Shown here: positions 34,031 to 43,791 of the stretch, in pieces
How the letters are laid out: every line of letters begins with the position of its first letter
Numbering within the stretch: position 1 is the first letter of the stretch
From: an uncultured Pseudomonadota bacterium
Lineage (GTDB): Bacteria > SAR324 > NAC60-12
Assembly (NCBI GenBank): GCA_913020725.1
Contig: CAJWCD010000001.1
Span: 23,564 to 87,563 of the forward strand
Direction: 5' to 3'
DNA: 64,000 nucleotides
Program-made: the position numbers and the translations under genes
Notes under the pieces: model-generated
Seen by the model: the letters and a program-made list of their open reading frames with translations, nothing else
Told to the model about the DNA's origin: nothing
The model's database searches: none

Positions 34031-35989
34031 ATGCGGTACCTCAAGTCCTTGATGGACCAGAACTTTCTGGAATATGCGTCCTATGTCATCAGGGACCGTG
34101 CGATTCCGGACATTGACGATGGGCTCAAACCGGTGCAGCGCCGCATTCTCCACACGATGTGGAAAATGGACGACGGCAAGTTCAGCAAGGTGGCCAACAT
34201 TGTTGGCGAGACCATGAAGTTGCACCCACATGGAGACGCCTCCATCGGCTCGGCACTGGTAGTGATCGCCAACAAGGAGTACTTCATTGAGAAGCAGGGA
34301 AATTTCGGCAACTTCTTCACCGGCGACCCCGCCTCTGCCTCGCGTTACATTGAAGCTCGCCTGACTCCGCTGGCGAAGGAGGTGCTGTTCAATCCGGAAA
34401 TCACGGCGTTTGTTGAAAACTACGACGGGCGCTCTCAGGAACCTGTTGCGCTGCCCTGCAAGATTCCTGCGGTGCTGCTGCTGGGAGCCGAGGGCATCGC
34501 CGTGGGCATGTCCACCCGCATTCTGCCGCACAACTTCAACGAGGTGCTGGACGCTCAAATCGCGCTGCTCCAAGGCGAGGATCGTCAACTCTTCCCGGAT
34601 TTCCCCACAGGCGGACTCATGGATGCCGCACTCTACGAGGACGGCAACGGCAAAGTTCGGGTGCGCTCCCAAATTGAGCAGGTGGACGACAAAACTCTGG
34701 TGGTCCGGGATCTGCCCTACGGCGTCACTACCGAATCGCTCATTCAATCTATTCAGGATGCGACCAACAAGGGAAAGCTGAAGCTGACCTCCATCAATGA
34801 TTTCACCACCGACACGGTGAACATCGAACTGCGGGCCGCTCGTGGGGTGAGTGCAGGAGAAGTGCTGAAGCGGCTTTATGCGTTCACTCAGTGCGAGGTG
34901 TCTATCTCTGTGAACCTGTTGGTGATCCACAAGAACCAGCCCGAGCTAACAAGCGTCACCGACGTGCTCAAGCACTGCACAGATTGGTTGCAGACGGTGC
35001 TGCGCCGAGAGTTGGAACTTGCTTTGGAGCAAGCTCGGTTGCAGTGGCACCGCAAGCGCCTAGAAATGTATTTCATTGAGAATCGTATTTACCAGCAGAT
35101 CGAGGAGTGCGAAAACTATGAGGAGGTGCAATCCACGGTGGCGAAGGGGTTGTTTTCGTTGCAGTCGGAACTGGATCGGTTGATCACAGATGAGGACGTT
35201 GAAGCATTGCTTTCCTTGCAAATCAAACGGCTTTCCCGCTATGACTGGGAGCGTAGCCAGAAGGAACTGGACAAGCTGCAAAAGCGGATTCGTAAACTGA
35301 AGCATAACCTTCGGACGCTCAAGGACTACACCATTCAATACTTGCAGGGATTGAAGGAAACTTACGGGGCCATGTATCCACGACAGACCTCCTTGGAGGG
35401 TTTTGATGCCATTCGGAAGGAGGAAGTGGCCGAATCCTTCAGCGTGGGCTGGGATCGAAAGTCCGGGTTCTTGGGAGCAGAGGTGAAGGGCAAGCAGACG
35501 TTCACCTGTTCGGTGCTGGATCGGCTTCTCATTGTCCACAAGGATGGTCGCTACCGCGTGGTGAGGGTTCCGGAGAAACTGTTCGTGGGCAAGGATGTTT
35601 TGACAATTGAGAAAGTAGATGGTCGCGTGGTGTTCAATCTGGTGTACTCCAGCGGTGACAGCCAAATCTGTTACGCCAAGCGGTTTCAGGTTCAGCAATT
35701 CATTCTGGATCGTGAATACCGTCTTTTCAAACGGGCAAAGGGCGCCAAGATTATCCACCTGAGTCAGGGGCCGGGTGTGATGCTGGAGGCACACTATGTG
35801 CCGACCCCGCGACTCCGGAAATCTCGGGAACTGCTGATGTTTGACACCTTGGCCATCAAGGGGATTCAGGCGCGGGGGAACCGGGTTTCCACAAAACCGG
35901 TGCAGAAAGTTCGGCAGGTGACAGAGGTGGCCGCAGAATCCTCTACACAACTCACGCTTCCGGAGCCGAAGGCAGATCATGCATCCTGA
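34031..35989 (+). CDS. Type IIA topoisomerase A-subunit-like protein (GyrA/ParC N-terminal breakage-reunion domain, C-terminal beta-pinwheel domain absent)
   Basis: 652 aa. KPVQRRILHTMW, HPHGDASIGSALVV and the active-site tyrosine context ASRYIEARL. It continues through the tower and coiled-coil regions but ends without the ~300-aa GyrA C-terminal domain. No B subunit is adjacent. Confidence 0.7.
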   Translation: MRYLKSLMDQNFLEYASYVIRDRAIPDIDDGLKPVQRRILHTMWKMDDGKFSKVANIVGETMKLHPHGDASIGSALVVIANKEYFIEKQGNFGNFFTGDPASASRYIEARLTPLAKEVLFNPEITAFVENYDGRSQEPVALPCKIPAVLLLGAEGIAVGMSTRILPHNFNEVLDAQIALLQGEDRQLFPDFPTGGLMDAALYEDGNGKVRVRSQIEQVDDKTLVVRDLPYGVTTESLIQSIQDATNKGKLKLTSINDFTTDTVNIELRAARGVSAGEVLKRLYAFTQCEVSISVNLLVIHKNQPELTSVTDVLKHCTDWLQTVLRRELELALEQARLQWHRKRLEMYFIENRIYQQIEECENYEEVQSTVAKGLFSLQSELDRLITDEDVEALLSLQIKRLSRYDWERSQKELDKLQKRIRKLKHNLRTLKDYTIQYLQGLKETYGAMYPRQTSLEGFDAIRKEEVAESFSVGWDRKSGFLGAEVKGKQTFTCSVLDRLLIVHKDGRYRVVRVPEKLFVGKDVLTIEKVDGRVVFNLVYSSGDSQICYAKRFQVQQFILDREYRLFKRAKGAKIIHLSQGPGVMLEAHYVPTPRLRKSRELLMFDTLAIKGIQARGNRVSTKPVQKVRQVTEVAAESSTQLTLPEPKADHAS

Positions 35990-36053
35990 GGTTGCATTTT
36001 CTGTCTGTTCTTTGTAAGATTACTTGTTTTGCTACCAACATAGAGTTTTCATC

Positions 36054-36248
36054 ATGTCTTTTAAATGTCAAATCTGCGATAAGCATCCTGGGTACGGGAA
36101 CAACGTCAGTCACGCGAACAACAAGACTCGTCGACGCTGGCTCCCCAACCTGCAAAACGTCCGGGTCCGGACGCCTGATGGCAACCGCAAGAAAATGCGG
36201 GTCTGCACCCAGTGTATTCGCTCAGGAAAGACTCTCGCTAATCTCTAG
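36054..36248 (+). CDS. rpmB: 50S ribosomal protein L28
   Basis: [59 protein letters not shown]. Start at the internal ATG 36054 (the track ORF begins at 36024). Confidence 0.88.
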   Translation: MSFKCQICDKHPGYGNNVSHANNKTRRRWLPNLQNVRVRTPDGNRKKMRVCTQCIRSGKTLANL

Positions 36249-36266
36249 TCTGCCTCACCTTCCCGG

Positions 36267-37112
36267 ATGATGCTGCCGCAGGGCTGCTCCCGGATCATCA
36301 CGCTTGGGCCGCAAGGTACTTTCAGTGACCTCGCGGCCCAACGGGTTCTTCTGCCTTCTGTTTCTTGCCACTATGTCCGGACTTTTACTGAAGCCCTGCT
36401 TGAGGCGTCGGAGCGCCAGGACACTGTTGCCGTGGTTCCGATTGAGAACTCGGTGGCAGGAACCGTGGTTCCCGTGCAGGATGCACTGGTTCGCTGGAGT
36501 CTGCGTATTTTGGGCGAGAGCAATGTGTCAGTGCGTTACGGTTTGCTGGCAAACGTTGTTCTGGAAAACGCCGAAACTCTCTTTGCCCATCCTCAGGCGT
36601 TTGAGCAGACAAGCGATTTTCAGGCGCATCACCTACCGGAAGCACGGCCAGTTTTCACGGACAGCAACATTGATTCGGGTGTTCGCTTTCTGAAAGAGGT
36701 GGACCAACCCGGATTTTCGGGTGCGGCGATCGTGCCTCTGAGCTTTGCGGAACAGAATCCGGACTATCTCAAGCAGTCCGACATTCAGGATTACCCGAAC
36801 AACACTACACGTTTTTTGGTGGTTGGCTCCAGTCAGCCGGAATTTGCCTTCGATTTCGGCCGTACCAAGACCTCGGTGTTCATCGAGAGTTCTGAGGATC
36901 GTGCGGGCTTGCTCTACGACCTGCTTAGCGTCTTTAACCGTTTCCACATCAACCTCTGCCGCTTGGAATCACGTCCTTCCAAGAAGGTTCCGTGGATATA
37001 TGTGTTCTACGTTGATTTCTACAACTCCAGCGAAACGCAGTCTTGTCTGGATGCATTGTCGTCCTCACAGTTTCAGTTCCAAATTTTAGGCAGCTACGAC
37101 TCCTTGGACTAA
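36267..37112 (+). CDS. pheA: Prephenate dehydratase
   Basis: PDT domain (ITLGPQGTFSDLAA, VPIENSVAGTV, TRF) and C-terminal ACT domain (TSVFIESSEDRAGLLYDLLSVFNRFHINLCRLESRP). 281 aa. Confidence 0.82.
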   Translation: MMLPQGCSRIITLGPQGTFSDLAAQRVLLPSVSCHYVRTFTEALLEASERQDTVAVVPIENSVAGTVVPVQDALVRWSLRILGESNVSVRYGLLANVVLENAETLFAHPQAFEQTSDFQAHHLPEARPVFTDSNIDSGVRFLKEVDQPGFSGAAIVPLSFAEQNPDYLKQSDIQDYPNNTTRFLVVGSSQPEFAFDFGRTKTSVFIESSEDRAGLLYDLLSVFNRFHINLCRLESRPSKKVPWIYVFYVDFYNSSETQSCLDALSSSQFQFQILGSYDSLD

Positions 37113-37202
37113 CTTACCTTGCCTTCCGTCAGTTTTTTTGCTATGTTCAGCATTAGACAGGAACATACGTTCGTGAGTACTTTTTTTTCTATGGAGGTCA
37201 CA

Positions 37203-38408
37203 ATGTCCAATTCACTGAAATTGAGATTCCGGCTTACTTTGTTGCCGTTGGCGTGGCTGATGCTCTGCGGAATCGAGCGGGGTCCGAAGCCAGGCTATGA
37301 GGGCTTCTCGCTCGGAGACCTACAAGCGAATTACGAGGGGCCTTCGGTGATCCCGACCTCGTTTTATTACTTGCTGGCTTTCGTGATTGCCGCAGGGGTG
37401 GGGGGATTCTTTTTGTTGCGCTACATCCGGGCCAAGCAGGAGCAGGAGGAACTGGACAAGATCGTTGACGAGCAGGCGCAGTTGGAACTGGACACGGAAC
37501 TGGAGGCCCGCCGAGTAAGCGAAGAAAACCGGGAGTTTCTCAGAGAACTGTGTGACACGGAGGATCCGGTTGAACTGGTTCCAGTGATTATGTCCTTTGA
37601 GGAGTTTGAAAAGGTGGTGGAGGAATTCAAGGCCTCTCCCCGCTTCCGGGCTCCTGCGCTTGCGCAGATATTCAACCTTCGCAAGGCTTTGGGTTTCACG
37701 ATCAAGAACTCCGAATACGCCTTCCTTTGCACACAAATGCTGCTGAATGGGACGAAGTTGGAATGCCAGATTCATAGCAAAGGCAAGTCTGTTGCGTTTA
37801 TGACAAGTGTGTTGGATGCGAACGAGACAGAGTTGCTGATCAAGCCTCCGACGGTCAAGCGGCGTCCGGCGAACCTGAAGCAGTTTCCCGAAATCGCCTG
37901 CCGATTACGGCGAGAAGGAGATGCCGATTATGACTTCACGCTCCGGGTGCTTGATCAGATCACGGATGAGATGAATGCGGTGGTGCTGGAGCAGTCTAAG
38001 CACATCCGCACAATGAGAATTCGCCAATCAGAGCGGATCTCCGTGAACATAGAGATGGATTTTCAACTTGTATCCGAGGCTCAGTACGAGTTGGAGAAGA
38101 TGGAGGAGCAGTCTCGCGGGGAACACATCCCTATAACCGCCAAGGTGGTGGACATGAGCGCAGGAGGGATCAAGTTGCAGATTTCTAAAATGCCCGCCCG
38201 TCCGATCATCACAGGGGACGTACTGGTGTTTCACTTGGCCCGATCAAGCCTGCGCCAAGATCTGGCTGCTGGAGTATTGCAGGTCGTTCCCCGTGGAGGG
38301 CTTTTCGACCTGCACACGACTTTCCGGGAGATGGATACCTTGACCAGGATCAAGATCAACCAGTACCTTGATCGTGTCCAGAAGAGTGAAATTCCACAGG
38401 CGGCTTAG
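37203..38408 (+). CDS. Membrane-anchored PilZ-domain protein (putative c-di-GMP receptor)
   Basis: Start at ATG 37203 with GGAGG 7 nt upstream (the track ORF begins at 37119). Two N-terminal hydrophobic helices, a coiled coil, and a C-terminal PilZ signature RIRQSER(RxxxR)...DMSAGGIKL (DxSxxG). Confidence 0.6.
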   Translation: MSNSLKLRFRLTLLPLAWLMLCGIERGPKPGYEGFSLGDLQANYEGPSVIPTSFYYLLAFVIAAGVGGFFLLRYIRAKQEQEELDKIVDEQAQLELDTELEARRVSEENREFLRELCDTEDPVELVPVIMSFEEFEKVVEEFKASPRFRAPALAQIFNLRKALGFTIKNSEYAFLCTQMLLNGTKLECQIHSKGKSVAFMTSVLDANETELLIKPPTVKRRPANLKQFPEIACRLRREGDADYDFTLRVLDQITDEMNAVVLEQSKHIRTMRIRQSERISVNIEMDFQLVSEAQYELEKMEEQSRGEHIPITAKVVDMSAGGIKLQISKMPARPIITGDVLVFHLARSSLRQDLAAGVLQVVPRGGLFDLHTTFREMDTLTRIKINQYLDRVQKSEIPQAA

Positions 38409-39697
38409 ACGAACAGCACCTCGGTGAATCGGCTCCGGAGTCGGTTCACTTCGTCCTTGGCGGAACCCCCGCTGATCACGGCTTTGACTAGGGACGCTAA
38501 CTCTCCCATCTCGTCTTCCTTCATCCCATACCGCGTCATTTCCTGAACGCCGATCCGAAGCCCGGAGGGATTACGGGCATCGGTATCTCCTGGAAGCATA
38601 TTGTAGTTGAGGATGATGTCGTTGTCCGCCAAACTCCGGGCGATGTCCTTTCCTAGGCCGAAGTTGGAGACGTTAATCGCAAGCTGGTGGCTTTCCGTGA
38701 AGCCAAAATCCTCGGCTTCCACTTGCACCCCTTCATCCATCAAGGCTCGTCCAAACGCTTTCGCATTCGCAACAATTTGCTGAGCGTAAGCGGCACCGTG
38801 AGCCTTGGCTTCACGGATGGCGATCACGAGCCCTGGCAAGGTGTGGAGGTGGTGACTGCTTGATGAACCCGGCATCACGCCTCGGTCAATGCTCTGCCAC
38901 CACTTGAGTTCTTTGTCGGATTTCAGGTTTCCAAGAATCACCCCACGCTGAGGTCCGGGGAAAGTCTTGTGGGTGCTGGCATTGATGAAGTGCGCACCTT
39001 CAGCAAAGGGGTTCTGGAACTGCCCTCCGAGGATCAAGCCAAGCACATGCGCTCCGTCGAACAGCACGGGAATCCCAAAGGATCGGCAACACTCCGCAAT
39101 TGCTTGAACTGGCTCCGGGAACAGGAACAGGCTTTTTCCCAGCATGACCAGCTTGGGCCGGACTTGATCCACCAGCGCGACACACTTTTCCGCGTCGAGG
39201 TGATAGCCATCCGGGGTGGTCGGCCAATAGTGCAGGGAGATGGAGTTGTCCTTTCCGGGAAACAAGGATTGGCCCCGAGTTTGAATCCGTCGGCCCACCA
39301 CTCCAATCGGGTTGTGGCTGATGTGTCCGCCCGCGTCAATGGAGTTGACGATCACGGAGTCGGCTCCGCGCAGGAGGGCAAGGGCGATTGCGGTGTTGGC
39401 GGCGTTGCCGCTGATGGGCCGCACGTCGGCCTGCTCGCATCCAGCCAACTCGATGAGTTCCCGCGTCGCCATGCTCTCGATCTCGTCAATGTAGCAAGTC
39501 CCCTCGTAGTAGCGGTTGTCGGTGTCCGGGGTGTTAGGATGCCCTTCGGCGTAGCGCCCCATGAAGTCGTTGCACTCCACCTGCCTGATTGCGGGAGACT
39601 GCACGTTCTCGCTAGCGATGAGATTGATTGTTTCTTGCCCGCGCCAGTAGTTTTGGCGTTCAACGATGCCAAGAACGTCTGAAATTTCGACTGCCAT
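38405..39697 (-). CDS. glyA: Serine hydroxymethyltransferase (divergent GlyA / SHMT family)
   Basis: LIASENVQSPAIRQV...YAEGHP and the PLP-lysine motif STHKTFPGPQRGVILG. 430 aa. Divergent from the canonical bacterial GlyA N-terminus. Confidence 0.72.
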   Translation of the reverse strand: MAVEISDVLGIVERQNYWRGQETINLIASENVQSPAIRQVECNDFMGRYAEGHPNTPDTDNRYYEGTCYIDEIESMATRELIELAGCEQADVRPISGNAANTAIALALLRGADSVIVNSIDAGGHISHNPIGVVGRRIQTRGQSLFPGKDNSISLHYWPTTPDGYHLDAEKCVALVDQVRPKLVMLGKSLFLFPEPVQAIAECCRSFGIPVLFDGAHVLGLILGGQFQNPFAEGAHFINASTHKTFPGPQRGVILGNLKSDKELKWWQSIDRGVMPGSSSSHHLHTLPGLVIAIREAKAHGAAYAQQIVANAKAFGRALMDEGVQVEAEDFGFTESHQLAINVSNFGLGKDIARSLADNDIILNYNMLPGDTDARNPSGLRIGVQEMTRYGMKEDEMGELASLVKAVISGGSAKDEVNRLRSRFTEVLFV

Positions 39698-39723
39698 CTG
39701 GTTATCTTTTTGTTTGGTTGGGA

Positions 39724-41127
39724 TTAGTACTTTTGAAGGTATTCGAGTTTTGCTTCTACAGTTTTGATTGCAGCGGTTTCCGGAATCTCTTGGTTCCGGT
39801 AGCGCTCTCCTTTCACAACGATGTCCGGCTTCATGCGCAGGATGAGTTCCTCCGCATTCGGTTCGTCAAAAATCACCACTCGGTTGACAGCTTCCACCGA
39901 AGAGAGCAGCAGTGCGCGCTCTCGTTCGTTCAGTAATGGTGAATGACCTTTTTGCTCCTCAATCATGCGGTCACTGTTGATCCCAACCACGTTGAAGCCT
40001 TTGAAACTCTGGAGCTGGTGCAGGAATTTGAGGTGTCCGGACGAGATTTCATCAAAGTAGCCATTCGTGAAGACCACAGGCAGGTCTTGATGCGGGAGGT
40101 AGCGGCAAAGCTGCTCAAGCGTGACGATCTTGGAGGAGGATTCTCCAAACTCGAAACGATGCAGCAGTTCTGATTTCGTGAAGGACACCACTCCAACATG
40201 CTGCACCTCCATGCTGGCCGCAAGTTGAGACCAGTAAGCCGCATGTTCGATTGGAGTTCCTCCAGCAAGCATGAACGCCAGTACACTGATCACCATGTCG
40301 CCAGCGCCAACGACATCGAACACCTCTTGAGTTTCTGCGCCAAAGAACTGATAATTCTGGGAATCTTGGAATAACAACAGTCCCTCCTTGTCGAGACTGA
40401 TGACCACATACTCCACCCCGATCTGGTACTTGAGGTGCTGTGCAGCCCGCAAAACGCTTGCATGGTCTTTAAGCGTAAAGCCAACGGCAAATTCGGCTTC
40501 CTTGCGATTGGGCTTGATGAGCATGAAGTCTTGGTAAATGCCGTAATCCACATTGCGGCGCGGATCAGCAATAATTGGTACCGAATGAGTTTTGCCCAGT
40601 GCTGCGATGGTCCGGAGCATCGAATTGCTGAGCGTCCCTTTTCCATAGTCCGAAACCAAAACAGCATGGACCGTCGGAATCGTTGCTTGCAAGTACTGCA
40701 GCAATGCCTGTTCTTCCGGGGGGCTGGCTCCTGCTGAGGGGTCCACATCCATGCGGAGCAGGTGGGTATGCCCGGCGATCATACGGTGCTTCAGCACCGT
40801 GTTATTGGAGGAGTTTACCACCCCTTCGGTACCGATTTGATGCTCCGCCATGAGGTTGCGAGCGGCGTGGCCGGCTTCGTCATCCCCGAGGGCTCCACAC
40901 GCCAAGACCTCGGCCCCGAGCGCACTCAGGTTCATCATGACATTTCCCGCACCGCCCAGCCGCTGATCTTCCCGGAGAACTCGCAGGACCGGAATGGGCG
41001 CCTCTGGGGAGATGCGCTCCACGGCACCCCAAGAGTACCGATCAAGCATGATGTCTCCAACGACTAGAATGCGAGGAGCTTCAACGGTTTCGAGAGCGTT
41101 CCGGAGTTCTTGTGGAGTCATGGTCAA
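39724..41127 (-). CDS. hldE: Bifunctional D-beta-D-heptose 7-phosphate kinase / D-beta-D-heptose 1-phosphate adenylyltransferase (HldE/RfaE)
   Basis: N-terminal PfkB-type sugar kinase (ILVVGDIMLDRY, DVVGAGDMVISVLAFMLAGG) fused to a C-terminal cytidylyltransferase-like domain (VVFTNGYFDEISSGHLKFL). 467 aa. Confidence 0.85.
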   Translation of the reverse strand: MTMTPQELRNALETVEAPRILVVGDIMLDRYSWGAVERISPEAPIPVLRVLREDQRLGGAGNVMMNLSALGAEVLACGALGDDEAGHAARNLMAEHQIGTEGVVNSSNNTVLKHRMIAGHTHLLRMDVDPSAGASPPEEQALLQYLQATIPTVHAVLVSDYGKGTLSNSMLRTIAALGKTHSVPIIADPRRNVDYGIYQDFMLIKPNRKEAEFAVGFTLKDHASVLRAAQHLKYQIGVEYVVISLDKEGLLLFQDSQNYQFFGAETQEVFDVVGAGDMVISVLAFMLAGGTPIEHAAYWSQLAASMEVQHVGVVSFTKSELLHRFEFGESSSKIVTLEQLCRYLPHQDLPVVFTNGYFDEISSGHLKFLHQLQSFKGFNVVGINSDRMIEEQKGHSPLLNERERALLLSSVEAVNRVVIFDEPNAEELILRMKPDIVVKGERYRNQEIPETAAIKTVEAKLEYLQKY

Positions 41128-42149
41128 GAATCAGGGTTCAGGTATTTTTCGATGTGCTCGACGAAATTTTGATACGGTAGTGCTCCAGAAAGTAGGTCTC
41201 CCACCACCACCTTAGTCTTAGGGTTGTATCGTCCGATCACGAATCCGGGAGTTCCAGTGATGCCAATCTCGCTCCCATCGTCCATGTCTTGATCCACTAA
41301 ACTGCGGTAGCGTTCGGACTCAAGGCATTCATCAAACTCCTTCAGGTTGGGGATTTTGATGCGCCGAGCATACTGCTTGAGGTGGCGCAGGGTTTGGGCT
41401 TTTTGATTTTCATAAAGCAACTCGTGCAGTTCCAAGAACTTGTCTTGCTCACGGGCGCATTCGACGGCAATTGCTGCTTCGTCGGCCTCGGTGTGGAAAG
41501 AGAGAGGGAAGTGCCGATATCCATACGAAATGCGGTCTTGATAGCGGTCCATCACCCGCTTGATGGTACTCCGAGCGCGTCGGCAAAAAGGGCACTGGTA
41601 ATCGGAGAATTCAAGCAGCATCACCTTCGCATTCGATTTCCCTTGTAGGTAAGCCGTTCCCACTTTGGCTCGTACCAGAAAATCCGTCGGCGGGGCGAGG
41701 TGGGTCGTGACCCAACCCTTTTCCAGAGCCAAACCATACTGGTTTTGGAGATGTTCAAACCGGAGTTGACCCTTCAGAAACTTCCGGATTTGTGGAGCTA
41801 GAGCTTGGTACTTGCCTCGGCTTTGGAGGTTTTTTGCTTTGTAGAAGGCCAGGATTTGCTGCTCGGAAACCGTGATTTTGGGATTGAGGTCGATTTCTTT
41901 GTGATGAGGCTGAAGGCGTTCCAGAATGACTTCCGGAAGCCGTTGTTGAAGCTGCTGGTAGAGTTGCAGCGTGAGATCGTGAATGGCCTTGGTCTTCACA
42001 TCGTCCAAGGTAATGGCTTGGCCCTCCACAGTGGCCAGCAGCGGATTACTTTGGTAGGGAAGCGGTTCTGCGTGTGAGGTGAGAGCGAACAGTGTCAGCA
42101 GAGTGACAAGAAGGAATCGGCAGATATGGAGTTTTTGTTGAGATTTCAT
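41124..42149 (-). CDS. Periplasmic DsbA-family thiol:disulfide oxidoreductase (CPFC active site) with N-terminal extra domain
   Basis: Signal peptide (LLTLFALTSHA) and thioredoxin-fold block LLEFSDYQCPFCRRARSTIKRV...GITGTPGFVIG. 341 aa. Confidence 0.7.
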   Translation of the reverse strand: MKSQQKLHICRFLLVTLLTLFALTSHAEPLPYQSNPLLATVEGQAITLDDVKTKAIHDLTLQLYQQLQQRLPEVILERLQPHHKEIDLNPKITVSEQQILAFYKAKNLQSRGKYQALAPQIRKFLKGQLRFEHLQNQYGLALEKGWVTTHLAPPTDFLVRAKVGTAYLQGKSNAKVMLLEFSDYQCPFCRRARSTIKRVMDRYQDRISYGYRHFPLSFHTEADEAAIAVECAREQDKFLELHELLYENQKAQTLRHLKQYARRIKIPNLKEFDECLESERYRSLVDQDMDDGSEIGITGTPGFVIGRYNPKTKVVVGDLLSGALPYQNFVEHIEKYLNPDS

Positions 42150-42152
42150 TCT

Positions 42153-42794
42153 TCAGTTGATTTGTATGTTGGAGGTCGTTCCGCTGGTTGTTTCGGCCAC
42201 TGCCATTTCCATCAGAGTGAGTAGATATTCCCAACGCATGGAGAGGTTGGGAGCTTCCAGTAGCGCTTGTTTCTCGGTGCAGGAAAAATCAAGGTTCATG
42301 CAGAGGATGTTGACGAGGTAATGAACGGGGATCGCCTCGATTTTCTGCCACTCGATCTGGATGAATTTTTTCTCGGTGTAGTGACGAAAGGCCTCGTACA
42401 GCTTCTCAGGATTCTTACTGAGGGACTGGTCGTCCAAATCCTGCTCATACGAGGTGTAATCGACCTGTGCCTGTCGGTAAAGTGAGTTCACCTCCAACTC
42501 CCGGACCACGTTGAAGCGAATCGACCCGTGGAGTTGAAGCATGTAATTCCCATCCGGAAGCTGCTGAAGTTGCTCAATTTTCCCAAGGCATCCGGTTTGG
42601 TAAAGCCCTTTGGAATCCTGCTCGACAGGTTGAATCATTCCGATAACCATCTCCTTCTCTGAGACGGACTCGACCATCTGCCGATAGCGCGGCTCAAAGA
42701 TGTGCAGCGGCAGCACAGTGTTGGGCAGCAGGATGGTTCCGCTCAAAGGGAAAAGAGGAACAACATCGGCAAACAGTGTGGACGTTGAATCCAT
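42153..42794 (-). CDS. Lon N-terminal (LON substrate-binding) domain protein
   Basis: LFPLSGTILLPNTVLPLHIFEPRYRQMV matches the LON_N/PUA-like N-terminus. The start is chosen at the ATG at 42794 (MDSTSTLF...), giving 214 aa. The track ORF extends to 43025, which would overlap ribF. Confidence 0.65.
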   Translation of the reverse strand: MDSTSTLFADVVPLFPLSGTILLPNTVLPLHIFEPRYRQMVESVSEKEMVIGMIQPVEQDSKGLYQTGCLGKIEQLQQLPDGNYMLQLHGSIRFNVVRELEVNSLYRQAQVDYTSYEQDLDDQSLSKNPEKLYEAFRHYTEKKFIQIEWQKIEAIPVHYLVNILCMNLDFSCTEKQALLEAPNLSMRWEYLLTLMEMAVAETTSGTTSNIQIN

Positions 42795-42795
42795 T

Positions 42796-43740
42796 TCAAG
42801 TTGCGCTTGAAAGGGAGGGCTCCGCATTGAAAAAGCGCTCGGCGGCTTGAATGTCTTTGCTGATTTGTTGTTTGAGTTCGTCCACTCCTGAAAAGCACTG
42901 CTCCGGACGCAAGAATCGTAACGGCCACACCTCCATGGGCTCTCCATAGAGATCTCTAGAAAAATTAAAAATCCACGTTTCGACTGCGGCCTCGTTTCGT
43001 CCGAAGGTGGGTCGCACCCCAACATTGGTCACACCATGGTACTCTTGGCCTTGGACGGAAAGTCGTGAAACGTAGACTCCTCGTGGCAACGCCAAGGGGA
43101 CTCCCGGACGAAGGTTGGCGGTGGGAAAACCCAACTGCCGACCCCGCTGGTCTCCTTGCTCAACCATGCCGAGAATGCTGTACGAGCGCCCAAGGAACTC
43201 AGGCAGAGCTTCAAATTGATGCCCTTGGATGAGTTGGCGGATGTGAGTGCTACTCACGGTTTGCTGGTTCACCTTGATGGGAGCAACCTCCTCAACCTCA
43301 AACCCATGGCGATACCCCAGTTCCTCAAGCGTTTTGAAGTCGCCCTTCCGGTTTTTTCCGAAGCGGAAGTCATAGCCGATGACGAGCTTTTCCAACTGAA
43401 AGCGCTGGATCAGGAAGCGATATGCAAATTCTTCTGCCTCCAATTTGGACAATTCATGAGTGAACGGAAGGATGTGAACTTCATCCAGGGTGGCTTGTTC
43501 AAAGAGAGACAACCGCTGTATCGACGTGCAAATGCGGTAAACCGGGTGTCCCGGATGAACAATCTCCTGAGGGTGGGGATCGAAGGTGAGGAGCGCTTTT
43601 CGGCAACCGGACTGTTGGGCCTCTTCAACAACTTTCCGGACCAAAGCTTGATGTCCGAGGTGGAACCCATCAAAATTGCCGATGGTCACGACTGATCGAG
43701 AGGGGGGACGGTTGATGTTGAATCGGTCGATCACATCCAT
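42796..43740 (-). CDS. ribF: Bifunctional riboflavin kinase / FMN adenylyltransferase
   Basis: VVTIGNFDGFHLGHQALV (FAD synthetase) and the C-terminal riboflavin kinase (GFPTANLRPGVP...GVYVS). 314 aa. Confidence 0.88.
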   Translation of the reverse strand: MDVIDRFNINRPPSRSVVTIGNFDGFHLGHQALVRKVVEEAQQSGCRKALLTFDPHPQEIVHPGHPVYRICTSIQRLSLFEQATLDEVHILPFTHELSKLEAEEFAYRFLIQRFQLEKLVIGYDFRFGKNRKGDFKTLEELGYRHGFEVEEVAPIKVNQQTVSSTHIRQLIQGHQFEALPEFLGRSYSILGMVEQGDQRGRQLGFPTANLRPGVPLALPRGVYVSRLSVQGQEYHGVTNVGVRPTFGRNEAAVETWIFNFSRDLYGEPMEVWPLRFLRPEQCFSGVDELKQQISKDIQAAERFFNAEPSLSSAT

Positions 43741-43791
43741 AACAACAGCTAAAATCTCCAGGAGTTTCTGTCGATTGGCAACTCTAAAATT

